Source: Octopus sinensis (taxonomy: Eukaryota). Taken from it: a stretch of 16,348 nucleotides of DNA. Under the pieces are notes generated by a model. It was not told the DNA's origin. It saw only the letters and a list, made by a program, of their open reading frames with translations, and did no database searches. The stretch spans positions 1 through 16,348 of the forward strand of contig NW_021825174.1 of assembly GCF_006345805.1 (NCBI RefSeq), in the 5' to 3' direction. The translations under genes were made by a program, and so were the position numbers. Below are positions 8,378 through 16,348 of the stretch, piece by piece. Within the stretch, counting starts at the first letter, position 1. The number at the start of each line of letters is the position of its first letter.

Positions 8378-8584
8378 TCCTTTCTGTTATAGGCACAAGG
8401 CCTGAAATTTGGTGGTGGGGGGGCCACTTATTGACCCCAGTGTTCAGCTGGTACTTAATTTATTGACTCCGAATGGATGAAAGACAAAGTTGACCTCGGC
8501 AGAATTTGAACCCGGAATGTAAAGATGGAGGAAATGCTGCCAAGCAATTCACCCAACGTGCTAACAATTCTGCCAGCTTGCTGC
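8378..8584 (-). mobile_element. Near full-length tRNA-derived SINE family B with (ATT)n tail
   Basis: Reverse complement: GCTGGCAGAATTGTTAGC (A-box), GGGTTCAAATTC (B-box, 8492-8503), body shared with 5718-5844, tail CAAATTTCAGGCCTTGTGCCTATAACAGAAAGG-(ATT)n. Confidence 0.8.
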
Positions 8585-8611
8585 TAGTTTGCTGCCTAAA
8601 TGATGATGATG

Positions 8612-8648
<37 letters not shown>

Positions 8649-8665
8649 TAATAATAGTAATAATA

Positions 8666-9109
8666 AAACACACAGATAGAGAAATTAAGGCCAACAGACC
8701 AGATATAGTTGTCAGAGATCATGAAGAAAAAAAATGCTTTCTAATTGATGTATCAATACCAGCAGATGACAACGTGTCTCTAAAAGAAATGTAGAAACTC
8801 TCAAAATACAAAGACCTGGAAATAGAGGTAACTAGAATGTGGAACCTGAAAACGGAAACAATTCCTATCATAGTAGGTGCATTAGGCATGATAAAAAAAA
8901 ATATTCAGACAAATACATAACAAAAACACCAGGACTTACAAACACATATAACATACAGAAAATTGCACTACTAGGCACTGCACACATCCTACGCAGAACA
9001 CTTTCCATACAATAACCATCAGAGCATCACAACAAATCACAGCACATACCCAAGGCACACAGAGCTGCGCTCGGTAGTGAAGTGAAAGCACGCTATAAAA
9101 ATAAAACTA

Positions 9110-9112
<3 letters not shown>
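8666..9112 (+). pseudogene. 5'-truncated R4/Dong-clade non-LTR retrotransposon: restriction-like endonuclease C-terminus plus 3'UTR, inactivated
   Basis: Translation KHTDREIKANRPDIVVRDHEEKKCFLIDVSIPADDNVSLKEM*KLSKYKDLEIEVTRMWNLKTETIPIIVGALGMIKK/YSDKYITKTPGLTNTYNIQKIALLGTAHILRRTLSIQ* carries the PD...IDV...K..KY..L RLE motif. In-frame TAG at 8792-8794, frameshift in the A9 run at 8893-8901, stop at 9013-9015; (TAA)n on both flanks. Confidence 0.85.
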
Positions 9113-9155
<43 letters not shown>

Positions 9156-9285
9156 TCACTAGATGACAATGGCACTCTTCTTTTAATTTTGACTCTATAT
9201 CTTCTGGAGGAGTTACCTCAATCTTTTATATATTAATTAATTAATTAATTAATTAAATAATAATTATAATAATAATATATAATAA

Positions 9286-9868
9286 CAGCAAATATTCTGC
9301 TCAATACCTCAGATTTGCTTAATCTTAACTGATTGGAAGTGTTGTCATGTACATTGTTTTGTCTTGGTATAAAAGATGGGCTGCAGCAAATATTCTGCTC
9401 AATACCACAGATTTGCTTGTCAGTTGTTTGGCCATAACCAGTTGAGCATGTCCCTTAGTGGCTGACAATATGTGCATCTCTGATCACGAGTGGAAGTAGT
9501 GGGGGAGCATCATAGCCATGTGTTGAGAGGGATTCTTTGGGGTTTGAATAACTCACCTCTGGAAACATGGGTGTTTCGTTCAACATCCTTAAATAACCCT
9601 TATTCAGGGACCTTTTGAACGGAATGGGTTACTCGACCAGAAGAAAATTTTAACTGGGCCCCACCTGCAATGTCATATGCTGTTTATCTTGATATGAGAT
9701 CACCAAGTCATGCACATAATATGGTTGTGATGCATGTGCCTTGTGTACCCTTATCAGACAAGTAGTCATGATGGGTATACTGGGTTTCGTATATTTTACC
9801 CCAGTGTCACTTTGATGGCATGAACTGCTCTCTCACTCAATAATAATAATAATAATAATAATAATAAT
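9286..9868 (+). mobile_element. Non-coding interspersed element ending in (TAA)n; probable non-autonomous retroposon or long LINE 3'UTR
   Basis: Complex, ORF-free 550 bp ending CTCTCACTC-(AAT)n; a 35-bp direct duplication at the 5' junction (9286-9320 versus 9384-9418, 34/35 identical). That it is an interspersed family is recalled, not shown in this window. Confidence 0.5.
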
Positions 9869-9870
9869 TA

Positions 9871-10290
9871 ATTCGTTTATTGGCCACAAGGGCTAACAAA
9901 AATCAATTAAAACATAAAGGGGCAAAACACAGGACGAAAGTTACAAAGGGTTTTGTCCGTTTGAAAAAGGTCCGTGTACAAAAGCAGGATGACAACGAAA
10001 TATAAGTAACAATTGAAACTCCCAATAGGGGGAGGCGCTTCGAAAGGTTACTCGTGGAAAAACCCATAAAAACCACGGGAGCCTGGTCAAAAGTAGGTAG
10101 AGAGACCCTTTCTCCTTTTATATTTCCTTTTAATTTTTCACAGGTGTATCCTCAGAATTGGTCTGTTAATACTGGGCATTCTTGCGACATTCACCCACCT
10201 TTCAATAAACTTGCAGACATCACTTCCCTCTCTACTCTCATCTCCCTTTTCAAGTGAAACTCGAAAAAGTTGATGAGGCCTGGGCCAAAT
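9871..10290 (-). pseudogene. 5'-truncated Tx1/L1-clade LINE: ORF2 C-terminus plus 3'UTR with AATAAA
   Basis: Reverse complement translates GPGLINFFEFHLKREMRVEREVMS/KFIERWVNVARMPSINRPILRIHL* (one frameshift; stop at 10138-10140), resembling Tx1/L1 ORF2 ends (F..RW motif); T-rich 3'UTR; AATAAA at 9881-9876. Confidence 0.65.
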
Positions 10291-10479
10291 CAATAAAAAT
10301 AATAATAATAATAGTAAATGCCTTGATGCAGTATCAGGCACTCATGGCTTCTGATCTTAATTTCGATCAAACATTGTTATTCCCCCTGCCCACCCATTCT
10401 CTTCCACACCACCCTGTGCATCACTGCACTGCATCACAACAGAGCTACATCACCTCAGTATCACATGAAACAGGCCACT

Positions 10480-10882
10480 GCTGCCACCACCACCACCACC
10501 ACAACCATCTTCACCAATGACACCAATACTACCACCTTCTCCACAAACACTATGGTCTTTACCACTGCCACTACAACCACCAAAACCAGAAGTACCACTA
10601 CCGTAACCAGCATCACAAACACTAACACCACTGCCAACACCACCATTTGCCCTACCACCACCACCAACACCATCGTTAGAACCACCAACACTACCATTTT
10701 CACCACTAGCGCCAACACTACAACCACAAAATCCACCACTGGCACCAAAACCACCGCCAACATCATCACCAATACCACTACCATCAACATCACCATGACC
10801 ACCACCACCAGCATCATCACCAATACCATCACGAATACTATCACCACAACCACTACCAACACAACCACCACCACCACCACTT
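10480..10882. repeat. (ACC/ACT/AAC)n low-complexity tract
   Basis: Direct reading; source of the Thr-rich and Gly/Val-rich ORFs. Confidence 0.9.
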
Positions 10883-11152
10883 GCAAACATGCTCTGTCGG
10901 CTTCGGTCCTTCTCTTCTATCCCCACTGTGCCTCACTTCCACAGCACTGTGCCACAACTCAGCACATGGCCCCCCACAGATCCACCCTCCTGCTACCCAA
11001 TCATGATACACAACACTCTTTTGCTGCCAATTTCCGTCTTCTCCTCCTGCTCCTCCTCCTCCTCTTCCTCTATCCCTTCTTTGTCTGTCTGCCCATCAGT
11101 CACCCTCTCTCTCTATCTATCAAGTTATCTATCTATCTATCTATCTATCTAT

Positions 11153-11313
11153 TTTTTTTAAAAATTTTATTCCCCCCTTTTTTGTCCTCTTTCTTTCCCT
11201 TTACGATCCCTTTTGATCGAAAACCAAACCCCCTTTTTTTTACCCCCAAAAGAAAAGCTCTACCTTGTAATTTGTCCTGTCTGTGTGCAGCCCTGTGTGG
11301 CTAATAAAGAAAC
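11153..11313 (+). mobile_element. 3'UTR remnant of a Tx1-like LINE, or a related tail, flanked by (TATC)n
   Basis: CCTTGTAATTTGTCCTGT...AGCCCTGTGTGGCTAATAAAGAAA resembles the 9871-9950 LINE end and the SINE B tail; AATAAA at 11303-11308. Confidence 0.5.
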
Positions 11314-11330
11314 ATATCTATCTATCTATC

Positions 11331-11374
<44 letters not shown>

Positions 11375-11655
11375 CATCTATCCATCCATCCATCCATCCA
11401 TCCATCCATCCATCCATCCATCCATCCATCTATCTATCTATTTATCCATCTATCTATCTATCTATCTCTCTATCTATCCTTCTACCTATCTATCTATCTA
11501 TCTGTATATCTATCTATCTATATGTCTGTATATCTATCTATCTGTCTGTATATCTATCTATCTATCTATCTGTATATCTATCTATCTATATGTCTGTATA
11601 TCTATCTATCTGTCTGTATATCTATCTATCTATCTATCTATGTATCTATCTATCA

Positions 11656-11699
<44 letters not shown>

Positions 11700-11929
11700 G
11701 TCTTTATAACTCTCTCTCTCTATCTATCTATCTGTTTGTCTATCTATCCATCCATCCACCCATCAATCCATCCATCCGTCTGTCCGTCCGTCCGTCCGTC
11801 TTTATAACTCTCTCTCTCTTTCTCTCTCTCTATCTATCCATCCATTCGTCCGTCCGTCCGTCTGTCTTTATAACTCTCTCTCTCTCTCTCTCTCTCCATC
11901 CATCTATCTATCTATCTGTCTGTCTTTAT

Positions 11930-11970
<41 letters not shown>

Positions 11971-12201
11971 CATCCATCCATCCATCCATCCATCCATCCA
12001 TCCATCCATCCATCCATCCATCTATCTATCTATCTATCTGTCTGTCTGTCTTTATAACTCTCTCTCTCTCTCCATCCATCCATCCATCCATCCATCCATC
12101 TATCTATCTATCTATCTATCTGTCTGTCTTTATAACTCTCTTTATCTATCTATCTATCCATCCATCCGTCCGTCCGTCCATCCGTCTGTCTGTCTTTATA
12201 A

Positions 12202-12262
<61 letters not shown>
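11314..12262. repeat. About 950-bp pyrimidine-biased (TCTA)n/(TCCA)n/(TCTG)n/(TCCG)n/(TC)n compound satellite
   Basis: Direct reading; the anchor GTCTTTATAACTCTCT occurs seven times in 11700-12210. Confidence 0.95.
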
Positions 12263-12479
12263 CCTATCTTTCTTTATTCAGCCTATCTGTCTACAGTTTC
12301 TGACATGCTGCACTCGTCACCCTTGACTCTTCCTCACCCCCACCCCCGCCCAACACCACACACACACACACACACACACTCCCATCCTTGTCCCTCCACT
12401 CTGCAACACTCCCCATGCCCTTCCACGTCCTTCCACCCCATTATTCCTTCAGTGTCGAAACGATTAATCACCGAGGCAT

Positions 12480-12578
12480 AATTTCATGAGAGTAGACGTA
12501 CACGTGTTTCTGTATACTTACACTCACACACACAAACATATATAGGCATGTGTGCATATATTTATATGTATATATATT

Positions 12579-12613
<35 letters not shown>

Positions 12614-12789
12614 TTGCATATATCAATGTATGTATATATGTATTACATGCATATATGTGTGTGTGTGTGTATATATGTACATCTCTAGTTATCATATATA
12701 TGTAATATACATATGTATATTTTTATATATATGTATGCAAATCTCTATATATATCTATATATATATGCAAATGTATACATATATATGTT

Positions 12790-12825
<36 letters not shown>

Positions 12826-12954
12826 AATATGATATATGTATATATATATATATATATATATACATGTTTGTGTATGTATATACATATATGTATATATATA
12901 TGTATGTATGTATATATATGTATATATGTACATATATATATGTATATATGTACC

Positions 12955-12998
<44 letters not shown>

Positions 12999-13259
12999 CA
13001 TATATATATAATATATGTACTCACACATTTATTCAAATATGTATTTGATTATAGATATATGCATATATATATATATTTGTGTATCATATTTGTACACATG
13101 TACAATAAATGTGTGTATATATGCATATATATATATATATATGTATGTATATGTATGTTATGGATACAAGTGTGTATACATGGTAATTAGTTCTAAATTA
13201 TTTAGAGTTTTGCTGATACATTAAACTGACAGACGAATTAATTTCTTGTTGATCTGTGT

Positions 13260-13293
<34 letters not shown>

Positions 13294-13933
13294 ACACCAC
13301 ACACATATACACTTATATCCGTGTTTACTTAAATCTATATTATCATCCAAATGCATGTATAGTTGTATGCATGTTTACTTGATGATATATATATATATAT
13401 ATACACATGTATATACACACATGTATATACGCGTGAACATGTATGTTTGTATTTTCATGTTTTAAGTATGTATATTGATATATAATGCCTGTATGATTAT
13501 AAAAATGTATATAAACAAATATCAACTTCTGAAATTAATATGAAAAAAAAAATATATATATATACATGTATATAAATATATACATCCATGTTTGTCTGTA
13601 TATTAAGTTACTGATGAATAAATTGACATATGAATATTTATACATCCACTTCATGTATACATATACATCCGTATATGTCTATATGCGCGTGTATATATTT
13701 ATATACACATTTAAGGGCATGAACTCTTCATTAAAACACATTCACAAACACACATGAATATACAAATTTATATATATATACATATATAATATATATAATA
13801 TATATGTATATATACATATCTATATATATATACATATTTATACACACATATATATATACAATCATACATCACAGATGTATACACAAACAGACACTCAGTT
13901 GCATTATATATATATATATATATACATACATGC

Positions 13934-13986
<53 letters not shown>

Positions 13987-14229
13987 ATACATGTATGCAT
14001 ACATATATATATATATATTTGTATGTATGAAATATATAATTTCAAATATTCAGATAACTTTCATTAACAATGATTAGATGCATATATGTCCTACTATATA
14101 CACACATACCAACTATACACTCTCTCTCTCTCTCTCTCTTCCATAACCATAAATACTTATTTATACATACATAGATATATGTTTGCATCTGTGTGTGTTA
14201 GTCAACATGTATATTTGAATGTGTGTGTT

Positions 14230-14289
<60 letters not shown>

Positions 14290-14399
14290 TATAATACAAA
14301 TATATCCATATTCACTTATATACATATATTTGTTCATACATGCATAAATATTCATTATATATATATATACACATGCACACACATGAACATGCACACATA
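12480..14399. repeat. About 1.9-kb AT-rich (TA)n/(TG)n/(CA)n low-complexity region
   Basis: Direct reading. Confidence 0.9.
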
Positions 14400-14592
14400 G
14401 GCGCAGGCATAGCTGTGTGGTAAGTAGCTTGCTTACCAACCTCATTGTTGCAGGTTCAGTCCCACTGCATGGCACCTTGGGCAAGTGTCTTCTACTATAG
14501 CCTCGTGCTGAGCAAAGACTTGTGAGTGGATTTGGTAGACGGAAACTGAAAGAAGCTTGTCAAATATTTATATACACACACACACACACACA

Positions 14593-14628
<36 letters not shown>

Positions 14629-14836
14629 CTGTGTGTGTGTTTATCTTTGTGTGTCTGTGTTTGTTATCCCAACATTGCTTGACAAGCGATGTTGGTGTGT
14701 TTACATCCCCATAACTGATTGGATCAGCAAAAGAGACCGATAGAGTAAGTACTAGGCTTATAAAGAATAAATCTTGGGATCGATCTGTTCGACTAAAAAG
14801 TGGTGCTCCAGCATGGCCACAGTCAGTTCACTAAAC
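14400..14836 (+). mobile_element. Full-length tRNA-derived SINE family A (CORE-like)
   Basis: A-box TAGCTGTGTGG (14410-14420), B-box GGTTCAGTCC (14453-14462), CORE-like CCTTGGGCAAGTGTCTT, internal CA/TA/TG microsatellite, 3' GTCG/ATCG-ATCTGTT-CGAC hairpin and GTGCTCCAGCATGGCCACAGT. Resembles cephalopod CORE-SINEs; family name not verified. Confidence 0.8.
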
Positions 14837-14939
14837 CTTTAATTTTTTTGATTTCCAATCTGCGTTTATGCTCATTTTTCTTCTTACTTCTCCCTTACAT
14901 TTCTATGTGTAGTTTCTATAGTTCTATTTCTTTTGTACA

Positions 14940-14941
14940 TA

Positions 14942-15030
<89 letters not shown>
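14940..15030. repeat. (TA)n microsatellite
   Basis: Direct reading. Confidence 0.95.
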
Positions 15031-15032
<2 letters not shown>

Positions 15033-15307
15033 AGACGCAATGGCCCAGTGGTTAGGGCAGCGGACTCGCGGTTGCAGGATCGCGGTTTTGATTCCCAGGC
15101 CGGGCGATGTGAGTGTTTATTGAGCGAAAACACCTAAAAAGTCCCACGAGGCTCCAGCAGGGGGTGGTGATCCCTGCTGTACTCTTTCGTCACCACTTTT
15201 TCTCTTTCTTCCTGTTTCTGTTGTACGTCATTCGAAGGCTAAAACAATGCGAACGCATTGTGACCAGCGATGTGTAACAACATCTGATTGTCTGGTCGGT
15301 CACGTGA
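15031..15307 (+). mobile_element. tRNA-derived SINE family C, tail type 1
   Basis: A-box TGGCCCAGTGG (15041-15051), B-box GGTTTTGATTCCC (15084-15096); first 196 nt colinear with 15434-15630. Confidence 0.8.
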
Positions 15308-15433
15308 TATATATATATATTTACCTAGATATGACTGCTATTGTGCATATAAAGAATGGCCCCATGATGATTGTTATAAAAACCTCAAAGTACTTGTGAA
15401 AATACCAAAACAGACATATATCTATATACATTT

Positions 15434-15806
15434 GGAGGCGCAATGGCCCACTGATTAGGGCAGCGGACTCGTGGTTGCAGGATTGCAGTTTCGATTCCCA
15501 GACCGGGCGTTGTTAGTGTTGATTGAGCAAAAACACTTAAAGCTCCACAAGGCTTTCACAGGGGATGGTGGCGAACCCTGTTGTACTCTTTCGTCACCAC
15601 TTTCTCTCTTTCTTCCTGTTTCTGTTGTACCTGTATTTCAAAGGGGCCAGCCTTGCCACACTCTGTGTCACGCTGAATCTCCCCGGGAACTACATTAAGG
15701 GTACACATATCTGTGGAGAGCTCAGACACTTGCAGGTTAATTTCATGAGCATGCTGTTCAACCGGATCAAATGGAATCCTCTTTGTTACAACCGATGGAA
15801 CGCCAC
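15434..15806 (+). mobile_element. tRNA-derived SINE family C, tail type 2
   Basis: GGAGGCGCAATGGCCCACTGATTAGGGCAGCGGACTC head and B-box AGTTTCGATTCCC; homologous to 15031-15226 up to CTGTTGTAC, then a different 176-nt tail. Confidence 0.8.
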
Positions 15807-15810
15807 TATA

Positions 15811-16000
15811 TCTATTATATAAAATCCGTTCTGTCTGTCTGTGTGTGTACCTTCTAGGATCTCAGGCATCCTCCATTCAATTGCGCTCAAATTTGATATG
15901 TAGATACCGACGGTATCAGGGCGTGTATAAGTCTTGAGAAAAATTACAAAAGTCGATTCCAGATGAGAATGCGATCGATAAAGCCGTTTTTGTCCTGCTT
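15811..16000 (+). mobile_element. 5' part of a Helitron-like (Lep1/DINE-type) non-autonomous element; 3' end not located
   Basis: A|TCTATTATATAAAA start followed by (CTGT)n and TCAAATTTGATATGTAGA, the layout known for Lep1-like Helitrons; 5' end resembles 3499-3535. No hairpin-plus-CTAG end is seen in the window, so the end coordinate is approximate. Confidence 0.45.
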
Positions 16001-16348
16001 TTCTTCCGTCAACCTGTACATAACTGCACCTTCCATTTTTTGTTGTTTTTGTACTGCTTAAAGGAACGTTTCTTTCCTGCCAAGCTTACTGTTTAAACCA
16101 TGTTTGTGTTCTCCCAGTCTACAGACTTATCATTTCTGGTACTTTAAACTCTTCGGTTGCATATTTGGGTGAATAAAATCGTTTTTCTTTGGAATAGAAA
16201 AAAAGTCTATCTTTATTTCTTCTTTTGCTGGTGTCTCAAATTTAGGTTAAATCAGTGCTTTCTCGAAGGGGAGGCCTATGGGACGGTCGGACAAATTGTT
16301 TTGAGAAAGTTTGGTTTAAATGTTTGACAACTCAGCAACCGTCCATTG

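Noticed and set aside
9155-9232. Short minus-strand open frame KIEVTPPEDIESKLKRRVPLSSSD
   Set aside because: Only about 25 codons, an A-rich acceptor, no usable donor, and no recognisable homology.
10465-11304. Thr-rich mucin-like protein (279 aa) and antisense Gly-rich protein
   Set aside because: Translation of an (ACC)n tract running into (TCTA)n and a LINE remnant; no signal peptide or exon boundaries.
11700-12262. CRISPR-like repeat-spacer array
   Set aside because: The spacers are pure microsatellites of variable length and the anchor is only 16 bp.
11213-12481. 422-aa ORF
   Set aside because: IYLS/IHPS repeats from stop-free tetranucleotide microsatellites.
14400-14475. Functional tRNA genes at the SINE heads (also 15031-15105, 15434-15505 and 8490-8584)
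   Set aside because: A/B boxes are present but I could not fold a complete cloverleaf, and each continues into a repeated SINE body.

Overview
Repeat-saturated, AT-rich metazoan genomic DNA, most likely intronic or intergenic. The SINE/LINE repertoire and microsatellite load look like an Octopus-type cephalopod genome; this is my inference from recall and was not verified by search. No intact protein-coding gene is supported, and nearly all listed ORFs are translations of (TA)n, (CA)n, (GAT)n, (CAC)n or (TCTA)n repeats. Clear protein-coding remnants are a 5'-truncated, inactivated R4/Dong-type restriction-like-endonuclease C-terminus sitting in (TAA)n (8666-9112, +) and a Tx1/L1-like ORF2 C-terminus with its 3'UTR (9871-10290, -). 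The rest is at least three tRNA-derived SINE families, an RTE-type tailed element whose body has amplified into an 18-unit hairpin-rich 66/69-bp array (7095-8325), a hAT-like MITE, a complete 176-bp mini-Helitron, a second Helitron-like 5' end, and a Penelope-like fragment with a decayed minimal hammerhead ribozyme. The best leads are a SINE/Tx1-LINE shared 3' tail, modular SINE tail swapping, a (TAA)n retroelement landing cluster, the structured array, the hammerhead remnant, and a weak minus-strand exon chain. I do not see convincing evidence of a new functional biological system beyond these mobile-element observations.
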